Of a stretch of DNA of 64,000 nucleotides, positions 19,669-29,667 are shown piece after piece; the stretch's first letter is position 1, and each line of letters begins with the position of its first letter. The DNA is taken from NCBI GenBank assembly GCA_963816075.1, contig CAWFJI010000010.1, positions 11,678-75,677 of the forward strand. Direction: 5' to 3'. The notes under the pieces were generated by a model that did not search any database, was not told the DNA's origin, and saw nothing but the letters and a program-made list of their open reading frames with translations. Position numbers and translations under genes: made by a program. The stretch comes from an uncultured Flavobacteriaceae bacterium (GTDB lineage Bacteria; Bacteroidota; Bacteroidia; Flavobacteriales; Flavobacteriaceae).

Positions 19669-21003
19669 TTAAAGCAAATCCTTTAAGACAAAATTGCACC
19701 GGAAATGCCTGCCATTCCTATCCACCAGCAGGTTAATTTTTTGTCCTTCCTTTTTCGACAGCATCAGGATAATCTCGGGTATCTTCTTTTCATAAGCCGG
19801 TTTACCGTTGATCTCAATAATGATATCACCCACTTCCAATCCGGCCTTAAGTGCAGGTGAATCAGGTCTTAAAAAATCAATTCTATAGGTGGGCTTGTAA
19901 GCCAAATTAAAGGAATAGATAACCTCTGAAAAGGTATTGTGAGGACCCGCTTTTTCTGAATTCACAAAATTACCCTTGCTTTCTTTTACAAGAATATCCC
20001 CGCCATAAGCAAGTTCTATACCGCTTTTATTGTATAAGAACGGATCATCTATACGATTACCTGATTTCTGTAAGGTAATTTTTTTACCTTCATAATCAAA
20101 TACTACTTTAAATCTTCTCAAAATTTCAGCTCCCAGCGTACCGTTTCTGCCACCAACCTTCATTGCGTTGACCACAGACGATGAATCAGGAAATGCCACT
20201 GTAGGATTCGCTATAACAAAATTCCCAAGCCGCAATTCCTTGATTCGGCTTCTCCTGCCGTAAATATCACCGCTCAGTCCTTTTCCCAAATAGTCTTTGA
20301 AATAATTTTCCGGAACCTGTATATTTTTTTCCTTGTTTTCGAACAGCCACAAGGCATCCCCTCCACCCGAATCTATCAAAAGTTTAACCTCGCTTATCTT
20401 GTTGTTGTGATCATTGATCGCTAAATTTATATAGGGTTTATTTCCCCTGAATTCAAGCGGAAAGACCTCACAGTCCTTGCATTTTTTATAGAGATAGGCT
20501 TCGTTTTTGTGAAATGTCAGTTTTTTTGACTGGTAATCTATCTCTACCACAAAATCCCTTAAAAGATCTCCGCCAATGATACCATTGACATTTTCACCAA
20601 GTTTCGATGAAAGATCATAGGTGTCATCCAGCAAAACATAGAGGGCGTGGTGGAAATTCTGGACCTTACCAATCCGGCAGCGGTTTCCTGAAGATCTGAT
20701 CGCTGACAGGGGCTCACCCTCTCCCAAGCCGTTTATTTTGATGTGTTCAATCTCTTTAAGCTCGAGTGAATCGCTCAGTTTCAAATTAAAAAGTATCGTT
20801 TTATCGATACCGCTGTCCAGTAAAAACGAAAGTGATTTTCCATTGATCTCAACCGGAATGACAACCATATTGTTGATGAGCCTGAAAGACATGGTATAAC
20901 TGTCATTTTTCGGCGGTAGATGAAAAAGATCCTGTGCTCGCAGAGAAAAATGAAGAGAAAGTACGGTAAACCAAATAAAAATTATGAATTTCACGGCATT
21001 CAC
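19669..21003 (-). CDS. secreted aspartyl protease (two retropepsin-like lobes) with C-terminal PDZ domain
   Basis: 444-aa ORF with a signal peptide. Two D-S-G active-site motifs (FLLDSGIDKT, LLIDSGGGDA). PDZ-like C-terminus (ALKAGLEVGDIIIEINGKP). Confidence 0.7.
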   Translation of the reverse strand: MNAVKFIIFIWFTVLSLHFSLRAQDLFHLPPKNDSYTMSFRLINNMVVIPVEINGKSLSFLLDSGIDKTILFNLKLSDSLELKEIEHIKINGLGEGEPLSAIRSSGNRCRIGKVQNFHHALYVLLDDTYDLSSKLGENVNGIIGGDLLRDFVVEIDYQSKKLTFHKNEAYLYKKCKDCEVFPLEFRGNKPYINLAINDHNNKISEVKLLIDSGGGDALWLFENKEKNIQVPENYFKDYLGKGLSGDIYGRRSRIKELRLGNFVIANPTVAFPDSSSVVNAMKVGGRNGTLGAEILRRFKVVFDYEGKKITLQKSGNRIDDPFLYNKSGIELAYGGDILVKESKGNFVNSEKAGPHNTFSEVIYSFNLAYKPTYRIDFLRPDSPALKAGLEVGDIIIEINGKPAYEKKIPEIILMLSKKEGQKINLLVDRNGRHFRCNFVLKDLL

Positions 21004-21107
21004 ATTTTAAGGTTGTTGGAATGTACGTAAAAAAAACGACAATTTTACAATTTTAGTAAAAGTCGATCGAAGTTTAAGAAAAAATTAAGAATTGAGGCCT
21101 GGGTTAA

Positions 21108-21455
21108 CTATTTCTTTATCAGCTCGTTTATCTTGACAATAGTATATGGTAACATCTCCTTGGCCACCGTATACATAATAAAATATTTCCGTGTGGATTT
21201 GCTGGCCAGCAGCAGTGCGCTCAGAATTCCTTCGACTCCGAGTTTCAAATTGGCGCGGGTATTTAAATCCTTTGCGAAGCTCAAAGGGTGGGTAAACGGA
21301 TTGTTCCTGTTCGTGTTTACCAGAGAGCTGGCAATTTTGTAAACCGGATTGGCTTTAAAACTGTATTCCTGTTCGCTGATCTCTCTTTTTAATCTTTGTT
21401 TTTCGAGCAGCAAGTCCTCATAGCTGGTGATATTTCTCTTTTCCAAACCTTCCAA
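21108..21455 (-). CDS. hypothetical protein
   Basis: 115-aa ORF, last gene of a co-directional three-gene cluster. No family recognised. Confidence 0.55.
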   Translation of the reverse strand: MEGLEKRNITSYEDLLLEKQRLKREISEQEYSFKANPVYKIASSLVNTNRNNPFTHPLSFAKDLNTRANLKLGVEGILSALLLASKSTRKYFIMYTVAKEMLPYTIVKINELIKK

Positions 21456-21465
21456 AACTTAAAAT

Positions 21466-21849
21466 TTAATAGTTGTCTTCTGTTTTGTCTTCGTATACTT
21501 CATAGTCTTCGTCCTCAGCTCCTTTCATTTCCTTATCAGCCATAAATATTGTTTTTACAATTTTATCCTTCACATTTTTATCTACGGTATTTCGGAAGAA
21601 GTAATAATAAAGGACAAAAAAGAGCACATAAATAAGTCCGACAACAAGAAAACCGAGCGCCTGATTTTCAAACAAACTGCCCAGATAAAAAGCGAGGGCA
21701 AAATTGAACATGATCAGGATAATCAAACCCATGCCCAAAAGTAAAAAAGAACTTATCAGCCCCGAAGCGACATTTGCCAGGGCGCTGATAAGCTCCAGCT
21801 TGATCAGTTGTATTCGGTTATCAATATACTTTCTTAAAAGATCTATCAT
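21466..21849 (-). CDS. small membrane protein (holin-X/phage-holin-family-like)
   Basis: 127-aa ORF with two long hydrophobic helices and an acidic C-terminal tail. Confidence 0.55.
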   Translation of the reverse strand: MIDLLRKYIDNRIQLIKLELISALANVASGLISSFLLLGMGLIILIMFNFALAFYLGSLFENQALGFLVVGLIYVLFFVLYYYFFRNTVDKNVKDKIVKTIFMADKEMKGAEDEDYEVYEDKTEDNY

Positions 21850-21866
21850 TGTTGTTCTGCGAAATT

Positions 21867-22229
21867 TTAAACAGTTTTAGCCTTGGAATCAACTTCTTTG
21901 GCCTGTTTTTTAAGTTCCTCCATTTTTGTGGCCAGTTCTTTTTCCAGATCCTTCACTTTTGAAGATACATGTGCATATTTATCTTTGATAGTACCCTTTA
22001 CATCATAAAATTTTTCCTTGAAGTCTTCAACGGTATCCGCTTCCAGCTCGCTGATCTTCTTTGAAATTTTATGGTATTTCTCTTCCAAATCCGCTTTTAA
22101 CTCACCGGATTTTTTAGCAATTTTCTTTCTGGTATCCTTACCTGAAGATGGTGCGGTTAAGATACCGACGATTGCTCCTGCTGCAGCACCAACTAAAAGG
22201 CCTGCTAAAAAATTTGTTTCCTTTGACAT
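21867..22229 (-). CDS. YtxH domain-containing protein
   Basis: 120-aa ORF. N-terminal GLLVGAAAGAIVGILTAPSSGKDTRKKI followed by a Lys/Glu-rich helical region, typical of YtxH. Confidence 0.8.
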   Translation of the reverse strand: MSKETNFLAGLLVGAAAGAIVGILTAPSSGKDTRKKIAKKSGELKADLEEKYHKISKKISELEADTVEDFKEKFYDVKGTIKDKYAHVSSKVKDLEKELATKMEELKKQAKEVDSKAKTV

Positions 22230-22366
22230 ATGATTGGTTTTTGATATAGTTTAATACGTAAATATACACCAAAGTTGAGATAAATCATAGCGAAATCCAT
22301 AAAAATAATATTTATATCTACCGAATAAATTAATTTTCGCAAATTTGCAGTACTTAAATAAATGCC

Positions 22367-23557
22367 ATGCCATCCATTTCAAAAAAGGGCAAAAATATGC
22401 CCGAATCACCCATAAGAAAATTAGTTCCTTATGCCGAACAAGCTAAAAAGAAAGGGCTGAAAGTATATCATCTGAATATAGGCCAGCCGGATATCAGAAC
22501 ACCTCAGGTAGCTTTGGATGCTGTGAAAAATGCGAAAATTGAAGTTTTGGAATACGCGCGGAGTGAAGGTTCTGAAACCTATCGCCAAAAACTGGCTGCC
22601 TATTACAAAAAACATGAAATAGACATCACTTCAAATGATATCGTAGTAACTACAGGCGGCTCTGAAGCCCTCTTGTTTGCCCTGGGAAGCATAGCTGATT
22701 TTGGAGATGAAGTGATCATACCCGAACCCTTTTATGCAAATTACAATGGTTTTACCACAGCCAGTGGAATCACCGTGGTACCCATTATTTCTTCCATTGA
22801 CAGTGATTTTGCCCTGCCCCCGATCGGGGAATTTGAAAAAAAGATCACAGCCAGGACCAAAGCGATCCTGATTTGTAACCCCGGAAATCCAACCGGTTAT
22901 CTTTATTCAGAAAAGGAGATGGAACAGTTAAAGGCCCTCGTGCTGAAACATGATATCTTTCTGATCTCCGATGAGGTTTACCGCGAGTTTGTGTACGAGG
23001 GACTGAAACACAATTCGGTTATGAGCATCAAAGGCCTCGAACAGCATGCCATAATGATCGACTCTGTATCAAAACGTTACAGCATGTGCGGTGCCCGTAT
23101 TGGTTGTATCGTCTCTAAAAACAAAGAATTGATTCAGACTGCCCTGAAATTTGCACAGGCCCGTCTCAGCCCGCCTACCTTTGCACTGATCGCAAGTGAA
23201 GCTGCACTGGAAACACCGGACAGTTATTTCAAAGAGGTGAATGCAGAATATTTTCTTCGCAGAAACACACTGATCGAAGAGCTCAATAAAATACCCAATG
23301 TGAAGGTTTCTGTACCAAAAGGAGCCTTTTACTGCATAGCCGAACTGCCCGTAAAAGATGCCGATCATTTTGCCCAGTGGCTGCTTGAAAGTTTCAGCGA
23401 CCAGGGAGAAACCGTAATGGTTGCCCCGGCCAGTGGCTTTTATTCAACTCCGGGCTCCGGAAAAAACCAGATCAGAATTGCCTATGTATTGAATATAAAT
23501 AGTTTAAAACGATCTGTAGCCTTGCTAAAAAAGGCACTGGAGCAATACCCGGCTTGA
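22367..23557 (+). CDS. pyridoxal phosphate-dependent aminotransferase (class I/II, aspartate aminotransferase-like)
   Basis: 396-aa ORF with the PLP-lysine motif SVSKRYSMCGARIG and N-terminal MPESPIRKL. Confidence 0.88.
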   Translation: MPSISKKGKNMPESPIRKLVPYAEQAKKKGLKVYHLNIGQPDIRTPQVALDAVKNAKIEVLEYARSEGSETYRQKLAAYYKKHEIDITSNDIVVTTGGSEALLFALGSIADFGDEVIIPEPFYANYNGFTTASGITVVPIISSIDSDFALPPIGEFEKKITARTKAILICNPGNPTGYLYSEKEMEQLKALVLKHDIFLISDEVYREFVYEGLKHNSVMSIKGLEQHAIMIDSVSKRYSMCGARIGCIVSKNKELIQTALKFAQARLSPPTFALIASEAALETPDSYFKEVNAEYFLRRNTLIEELNKIPNVKVSVPKGAFYCIAELPVKDADHFAQWLLESFSDQGETVMVAPASGFYSTPGSGKNQIRIAYVLNINSLKRSVALLKKALEQYPA

Positions 23558-24570
23558 AAACCGAAAAAAACATATCGCTTAAACCATACAACACTTTTGG
23601 CATTGACGTGAAATCTGACCGCTTCACAGAGGTTGGTGATGTTAAGGCGATACGCGAATTTATTCAGGTCAACAAAGATTTTCATATTCTGGGCGGTGGC
23701 AGCAACATCCTGCTGACCCGTGATCTGAAAAAACCTGTCTTAAAAATAAGCACCAAAGGTATCTCTGTGCTCGATGAACATTCAAATGAGCATTTCGTTT
23801 TCGTACAGGTTCAGGCCGGAGAAAACTGGCATGATTTTGTTTGCTGGTGTTTAAAAAATAATTTTGGCGGCCTCGAAAATCTATCGCTGATACCGGGCAA
23901 TGTGGGTACTTCCCCCATGCAGAACATTGGTGCTTACGGCGTGGAATTAAAGGATGTGTTTCACTCTTTAAACGCCCTGGAGATCGCAACGGGCATCATC
24001 CGAACATTTGATAAAGAGGCCTGTGCCTTTGGTTACCGGGACTCATTTTTCAAACAGGAGGGAAAGAACAGGTTTATCATACTCGACGTGACCTTCCGGC
24101 TAACGCGTAAAGACCATATCTTAAAAATGAATTACGGGGCTATCAAAGAGGAACTCGACAAAAAAGGGATCAGCCATCCCGGAATACAGGAAGTTTCCGA
24201 AGCCGTAATCGCCATACGAAAAAGCAAACTCCCCGACCCGAAAGAAATAGGAAACAGCGGGAGCTTTTTCAAAAATCCGGTCGTCAGCACCACACATTTT
24301 GAATCGCTGAAGGCTGTTTATCCCGACATTCCAAATTTCCCTGTGTCTGAGGGCCTGACAAAAGTTCCCGCCGGCTGGCTAATCGAGCAATGTGGTTTCA
24401 AGGGTAAAAGAGTCGGTGATGCAGGTGTGCACAAAAACCAGGCCCTCGTACTGGTCAACTACGGAAATGCCAGCGGAAAAGAAATTTATGATCTGGCAGT
24501 TACCATACAAAATACCGTGCAGGAAAAGTTTGGAATAGCCCTCGAAATGGAAGTGAACATCCTGGAATAA
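23554..24570 (+). CDS. murB: UDP-N-acetylmuramate dehydrogenase
   Basis: 338-aa ORF with a TTG start overlapping the upstream stop. Type-I MurB features (GGGSNIL, SGSFFKNP). Confidence 0.9.
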   Translation: MKTEKNISLKPYNTFGIDVKSDRFTEVGDVKAIREFIQVNKDFHILGGGSNILLTRDLKKPVLKISTKGISVLDEHSNEHFVFVQVQAGENWHDFVCWCLKNNFGGLENLSLIPGNVGTSPMQNIGAYGVELKDVFHSLNALEIATGIIRTFDKEACAFGYRDSFFKQEGKNRFIILDVTFRLTRKDHILKMNYGAIKEELDKKGISHPGIQEVSEAVIAIRKSKLPDPKEIGNSGSFFKNPVVSTTHFESLKAVYPDIPNFPVSEGLTKVPAGWLIEQCGFKGKRVGDAGVHKNQALVLVNYGNASGKEIYDLAVTIQNTVQEKFGIALEMEVNILE

Positions 24571-24612
24571 GGATGCGCTGCAATCAAAATCCGTTTGCTG
24601 ATCCGGAAAAAA

Positions 24613-25881
24613 TTAATGGACTATTTTATTCGGGTTGTAATCCGGGTTGTAATCCGGGTACAGCAAATATTTTTCCCGTATTTTTTTAAAGTTTTCTATT
24701 CCTGTTCGCCAGGATTCCCTGATCTCAGACGCACTTAAGCCCGACTCCATCTGTTGTTGTAACAATTGGGTGCCGGCATGGATCGTAAAGGAATTTCCAA
24801 AGAATTTCTTATCTACAGGTGTTTTGTGGTAAGCGTCCAGCAGCCATTCCAGGTTGATCTGATCCAATCTTTTGATTTCGCTCAGATCAACACCATAACA
24901 AAGTTCGCCTTTGAACTTGGGATTTTTCGATCCGAAATTCGAACGGGGAGTATAGGAAAAATCGGTAACCGGAAAAAAGGGCGCACCGTAGCGCTGAAAC
25001 TGGAAATCTGTACCCCTTCCTGCATTGATGGTGGTTCCTTCAAAAAAACCCAGGCTGGGATACAAATTGATCGACCTGTCATCGGGCAAATTCGGGGAAG
25101 GTCTGACCGGGAGTGAGAATTCGGTTATACGGTCGTAGTTAATGAGTTTCAATACCCTGAGTTTGCATTGCAGCCCGTTCTCAAGCCACCCCTCACCGTT
25201 GATCATCTGTGCGTATTCACCTATGGTCATGCCGTAAACCAGCGGTATCGGGTGCATGCCTACAAAGGACTTGTGCGCAATTTCCAGAGTTGGTCCGTCA
25301 ATATAATGTCCGTTCGGATTGGGTCTGTCGAGAACAATGAGTTCAATGCCTTTTTCAGCACAAGCCTCCATGACCAGTGCCAGGGTAGATATATAGGTAT
25401 AAAACCTGACCCCTACATCCTGTATGTCAAAAACCACCAGATCCAGCGAGTCCAGAGATTCCTGTGCAGGCTTCCTGTTATTTCCGTAAAGTGAGATCAG
25501 GGGAATTCCTGTTTTTTTGTCTATATCATTCTCAACCGTTTCTCCGGCATCTGCCTCTCCCCTGAAGCCGTGTTCAGGTGAAAAAACCTTAATAACCTGT
25601 ACCTTATGCTGCAGCAAGGAGTCTATTAAATGCACATACTCACCGTTATCTTTGTAGACAATACTGGTCTGATTGGCTACAACCCCTATTTTTTTCCCTT
25701 GAAGATAGGGGTAAAGTTCAATCATTCTGTTCGCTGCAACCACCAACTGTTTCTGCTCTTCATAATGTGTTTTCATATCCGATTTTGGTTGGGTAGTTTG
25801 CTTTTTGGTGGAACTGCAACTTTGAAGGAATAAAAAACAGGATAGGCACAGTAAAATTAAATATGTACTTTTGATTTTCAT
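24613..25881 (-). CDS. DUF1343 family protein (exo-beta-N-acetylmuramidase NamZ-like), lipoprotein
   Basis: 422-aa ORF with the lipoprotein signal LFLQSC. DUF1343-type sequence throughout (VANQTS, FSPEHGFRG, VFDIQDVGVRFYTY). Confidence 0.75.
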   Translation of the reverse strand: MKIKSTYLILLCLSCFLFLQSCSSTKKQTTQPKSDMKTHYEEQKQLVVAANRMIELYPYLQGKKIGVVANQTSIVYKDNGEYVHLIDSLLQHKVQVIKVFSPEHGFRGEADAGETVENDIDKKTGIPLISLYGNNRKPAQESLDSLDLVVFDIQDVGVRFYTYISTLALVMEACAEKGIELIVLDRPNPNGHYIDGPTLEIAHKSFVGMHPIPLVYGMTIGEYAQMINGEGWLENGLQCKLRVLKLINYDRITEFSLPVRPSPNLPDDRSINLYPSLGFFEGTTINAGRGTDFQFQRYGAPFFPVTDFSYTPRSNFGSKNPKFKGELCYGVDLSEIKRLDQINLEWLLDAYHKTPVDKKFFGNSFTIHAGTQLLQQQMESGLSASEIRESWRTGIENFKKIREKYLLYPDYNPDYNPNKIVH

Positions 25882-25897
25882 TTTGAAGTGTCATCAA

Positions 25898-27133
25898 TTG
25901 AATTACGAGCTATTTATTGCCAAACGGATCATCAGTGCAAAGCAACACAAAAATAGTGTTTCTTCTCCTATTATTAAAATCTCGATACTGGCAATTGCCA
26001 TAGGGATGATCGTGATGCTTTTTTCAATTGCCACCGGTGTCGGACTCCAAAAGAAGATCAAAGAAAAAATTTCAGGCTTTAACGGCGATGTGCAGATCAT
26101 GACCTATGATGCCAACAATTCCAAGATCACACTCAATCCGGTATCCCTGCATCAAAATTTTTATCCGGATTTCAAGGAAGTTCCCAATGTAAAAAAAGTA
26201 CAAGCCTTTTCGACCCTGGCGGGCATCATCAGGACTTCAGAAAATTTTGAGGGTGTGATCCTGAAGGGAGTCAATGCCGATTATGACTGGACTTTTTTTA
26301 AGGACTACCTGGTAACAGGAAAGATTCCTGACCTGAAGGGTGAAATTTCGAACGAGATCCTGATCTCTGGCATTACATCCAAAAGACTAAAGTTAAAAAC
26401 AGGGGATTCCTTTTATATGTTCTTTGTAAAAGATGATCCCAACAAAGCGCCTAATGCCAGGAAATTTGTTGTTTCAGGAATCTTCGACAGCGGTTTTCAG
26501 GAAATTGATGAAGGCTTTATCGTGGGCGATATGAGGCATATCCAAAAAATCAATAAATGGGAGGCTGATCAGGTGGGTGGTTTTGAAGTGTTGCTGCACG
26601 ATTTCGATCAGTTGAAACAATCAGGTAATGATATTTATGATAACATCGACCCAAAACTAAACGCTTTTACCATAGCAGAAAAATATCCAGCTATTTTTGA
26701 ATGGCTGGATCTTTTTGATGTCAATATTGCTGTGATCATCGGGATCATGATACTGGTAGCAGGTATCAACATGATCACAGCCCTGCTGGTTCTCATCCTC
26801 GAAAGAGCGCCTATGGTGGGTGTGTTAAAAGCCCTGGGAAACAACAACTGGAGCATACAAAAGATCTTTCTTTACAATGCCGCTTACCTCATTGGTGTTG
26901 GATTATTTTGGGGAAATCTGATCGGTCTCGGCCTGCTCTTTCTTCAGAAAAAATTTGGTATCATCACCCTGAACCCGGAAAACTACTACGTGACCCAGGC
27001 ACCCGTGCACCTCAACCTGTACCATATCCTGTTATTGAACATAGGCACCCTCCTGCTTTGCATGATCATGTTACTGATACCTTCGTATATTGTAAGTAAA
27101 ATAAGTCCGGTGAAAGCCATAAAATTTAATTAA
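25898..27133 (+). CDS. FtsX-like ABC transporter permease (LolC/E family)
   Basis: ORF 25871..27133. Start placed at TTG 25898 (MNYELFIAKRI), the typical LolE-like N-terminus, which avoids overlap with the divergent gene start. Four TM segments and a large periplasmic loop. Confidence 0.8.
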   Translation: MNYELFIAKRIISAKQHKNSVSSPIIKISILAIAIGMIVMLFSIATGVGLQKKIKEKISGFNGDVQIMTYDANNSKITLNPVSLHQNFYPDFKEVPNVKKVQAFSTLAGIIRTSENFEGVILKGVNADYDWTFFKDYLVTGKIPDLKGEISNEILISGITSKRLKLKTGDSFYMFFVKDDPNKAPNARKFVVSGIFDSGFQEIDEGFIVGDMRHIQKINKWEADQVGGFEVLLHDFDQLKQSGNDIYDNIDPKLNAFTIAEKYPAIFEWLDLFDVNIAVIIGIMILVAGINMITALLVLILERAPMVGVLKALGNNNWSIQKIFLYNAAYLIGVGLFWGNLIGLGLLFLQKKFGIITLNPENYYVTQAPVHLNLYHILLLNIGTLLLCMIMLLIPSYIVSKISPVKAIKFN

Positions 27134-27138
27134 ATTTG
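27131..27138 (+). promoter_or_regulatory. candidate -7 promoter box (TAnnTTTG) for lpdA
   Basis: TAAATTTG lies 35 nt upstream of ATG 27173. Confidence 0.4.
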
Positions 27139-27172
27139 CACAAAACTATAAAATTCATAAAACGTTAAACAT

Positions 27173-28567
27173 ATGAGCATGAAATACGATATGATCATTA
27201 TTGGTAGCGGACCGGGAGGTTATGTAACTGCCATCAGGGCTTCACAACTTGGTTTTAAAGTAGCTATTGTAGAAAATGAAAATTTGGGCGGAATTTGCCT
27301 GAACTGGGGCTGTATACCAACAAAAGCCCTGCTTAAAAGTGCTCAGGTCTATGAATATCTGAAACATGTTGATGAATATGGATTAAAGGCAAAGGAAATA
27401 GACAAGGATTTTACGGCAGTTGTTAAAAGAAGCCGCAATGTTGCTGACGGAATGAGCAAAGGAGTTCAGTTTCTTATGAAAAAAAACAATATTGAGGTGA
27501 TCAACGGATTCGGCAAGGTCAAAGCCGGAAAAAAAGTTGTGGTAACCGATGCGGATAAAAAAGAAACCGAATACACAGCAGACCATATTATTATTGCTAC
27601 CGGCGCAAGAGCCAAGGAATTGCCTTTTTTGCCTATTGACGGGAAAAAAATTATTGGTTACAGACAGGCCATGACGCTGCCGGAACAGCCTAAAAAAATG
27701 ATCATCGTCGGTTCAGGTGCCATTGGGGTTGAGTTTGCTTATTTCTACAATGCCATGGGCACCGAGGTAACCATTGTGGAATTCCTGCCTGTCCTGGTTC
27801 CGCTTGAAGATGAAGAGATTTCAAAGCAGTTCGAGAGATCTTTTAAAAAGTCAGGAATCCATGTAATGACCAACTCCAGTGTGACCAAAGTGGACACCTC
27901 CGGAAAAGGGGTGATCGCAACGGTAAAAACTAAAACGGGTGAAGAAACCCTGGAGGCGGATATCGTACTGTCTGCCGTAGGAATAAAATCAAATATCGAG
28001 AACATAGGCCTGGAGGATGTGGGCATTGCAGTGGACAGGGATAAGATCCTGGTGAATGAGTACTACCAGACAAATATACCCGGATATTACGCCATCGGTG
28101 ATGTCGTACCCGGACCGGCGCTGGCGCATGTTGCCTCAGCGGAAGGGATCACCTGTGTAGAGAAGATCGCAGGCTTGCATACAGAACCTGTGGATTACGG
28201 AAATATCCCGGGCTGTACCTATGCGAGTCCCGAAATCGCCAGCGTGGGATTGACCGAGGCCCAGGCAAAAGAAAAAGGTTACGATATAAAAGTGGGCAAA
28301 TTTCCATTTTCTGCTTCAGGTAAAGCCAAAGCCGCCGGTAATCCGGATGGTTTTGTAAAAGTAATTTTTGATGCAAAATACGGGGAATGGCTCGGCTGCC
28401 ACATGATCGGTGCAGGTGTAACGGATATGATCGCCGAGGCAGTGGTTGCCCGAAAACTTGAAACTACCGGACATGATATACTCAAAGCCATACACCCGCA
28501 CCCAACCATGAGCGAAGCGGTTATGGAAGCTGTAGCTGCCGCTTACGGAGAAGTGATCCACCTGTAA
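27173..28567 (+). CDS. lpdA: dihydrolipoyl dehydrogenase
   Basis: 464-aa ORF. FAD motif IIIGSGPGGY, redox-active disulfide CLNWGCIPTK, C-terminal HPHPT. Confidence 0.93.
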   Translation: MSMKYDMIIIGSGPGGYVTAIRASQLGFKVAIVENENLGGICLNWGCIPTKALLKSAQVYEYLKHVDEYGLKAKEIDKDFTAVVKRSRNVADGMSKGVQFLMKKNNIEVINGFGKVKAGKKVVVTDADKKETEYTADHIIIATGARAKELPFLPIDGKKIIGYRQAMTLPEQPKKMIIVGSGAIGVEFAYFYNAMGTEVTIVEFLPVLVPLEDEEISKQFERSFKKSGIHVMTNSSVTKVDTSGKGVIATVKTKTGEETLEADIVLSAVGIKSNIENIGLEDVGIAVDRDKILVNEYYQTNIPGYYAIGDVVPGPALAHVASAEGITCVEKIAGLHTEPVDYGNIPGCTYASPEIASVGLTEAQAKEKGYDIKVGKFPFSASGKAKAAGNPDGFVKVIFDAKYGEWLGCHMIGAGVTDMIAEAVVARKLETTGHDILKAIHPHPTMSEAVMEAVAAAYGEVIHL

Positions 28568-28692
28568 TCAAGCAAAAAAGGGGCTTTTTTTTATTTCCTA
28601 AAAAAGGCCCCTGCTTAATAAAATCCCACCTTTTTATTCAAAATTTTATCAGACTCACTGCAGCCGGAGCGTTTTCTTTTTGTAAATTTGAA

Positions 28693-28700
28693 AAAATAAA
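28693..28700 (+). promoter_or_regulatory. candidate -7 promoter box (TAnnTTTG) for tpx
   Basis: TAAATTTG lies 9 nt upstream of ATG 28710, implying a very short leader. Confidence 0.35.
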
Positions 28701-28709
28701 ATTATTCCC

Positions 28710-29210
28710 ATGACTAAAATAACACTAAAAGGAAATCCTATTAAAACAAGTGGAGAATTGCCACAGATAGGAAAAAAAGCCCCGGGCTTTAAACTAGTTA
28801 AAAATGACCTTTCCATTGCCAAACTAAAAGATTTTAAAGGTTCCAAGCTGCTGCTGAATATCACGCCCAGTTTGGATACAGGAGTTTGCGCTGCCTCACT
28901 CAGAAAATTTAACGAAGCTGCAGCAAAGGTTGAAAATGTAACCATTATCAACATTTCTAGAGATCTGCCTTTCGCTCAGGCCAGATTTTGCGGAGCTGAG
29001 GGCATAGATAAAGCCATTACCTTATCCGATTTCAATACCGGGAAGTTCGGCAAAAAATACGGTGTTACGATCAAAACAGGGCCACTGGCCGGACTTCACT
29101 CCAGAGCCGTTGTGGTGATCGATGAAAAAGGGAAAGTGGTCTATACAGAACAGGTGCCTGAAATTACCCAGGAACCCAATTATGAGGCTGCCCTGGAAGC
29201 ACTGAAATAA
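28710..29210 (+). CDS. tpx: thiol peroxidase
   Basis: 166-aa ORF with the Tpx peroxidatic Cys context PSLDTGVCA and the resolving Cys FCGAEG. Confidence 0.9.
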   Translation: MTKITLKGNPIKTSGELPQIGKKAPGFKLVKNDLSIAKLKDFKGSKLLLNITPSLDTGVCAASLRKFNEAAAKVENVTIINISRDLPFAQARFCGAEGIDKAITLSDFNTGKFGKKYGVTIKTGPLAGLHSRAVVVIDEKGKVVYTEQVPEITQEPNYEAALEALK

Positions 29211-29217
29211 ATCGTTC

Positions 29218-29598
29218 ATGAAGCGATCCGGCGAGAGTTTTTTTATCAACAGGCTGAGGAGTGTAAAGTATGCATTTAAAGGTGCCGTTCTGTTAATTAA
29301 AACGGAAGGCAGCATACAGATACAAAGTACCATTGCCGTTTTGATAACCCTCGCCGGATTCTTTTTTGACCTGTCCTCATACGAGTGGATGGCCCAGTTT
29401 TTAGCCATGGGGCTGGTTCTTGTTGCCGAATCATTGAACACGGCAATTGAAAAGATTTCTGATTTTATTCATCCGGATTACAACGAAAAAATTGGTATTA
29501 TCAAGGATGTATCGGCAGGTGCAGCTTTTTTTTCGGCAGTCATCGCACTCGTAATCGGGATGCTCATTTACCTACCCAAAATTTACGCCCTGTTTTAG
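29218..29598 (+). CDS. dgkA: diacylglycerol kinase
   Basis: 126-aa ORF with three TM helices and the DgkA motif AESLNTAIE. Confidence 0.85.
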   Translation: MKRSGESFFINRLRSVKYAFKGAVLLIKTEGSIQIQSTIAVLITLAGFFFDLSSYEWMAQFLAMGLVLVAESLNTAIEKISDFIHPDYNEKIGIIKDVSAGAAFFSAVIALVIGMLIYLPKIYALF

Positions 29599-29667
29599 TT
29601 TTTTTTCTGCCCGAAGCCGTGATTTTGTTTACTTTGAAACAAAATAATTTACGTATTTTTGTGCCTT

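Noticed and set aside
21466-21849. The holin-family gene as an indicator of a prophage or lysis cassette.
   Set aside because: There is no endolysin, spanin, or any structural or integrase gene nearby. The neighbours are a YtxH stress protein and housekeeping genes.
28572-28612. Terminator after lpdA (AAAAAAGGGGC ... GGCCCCT).
   Set aside because: The complementary arms AGGGGC/GCCCCT are separated by a loop of more than 20 nt, and the T-run lies inside the loop rather than after the stem. It is not convincing as an intrinsic terminator.
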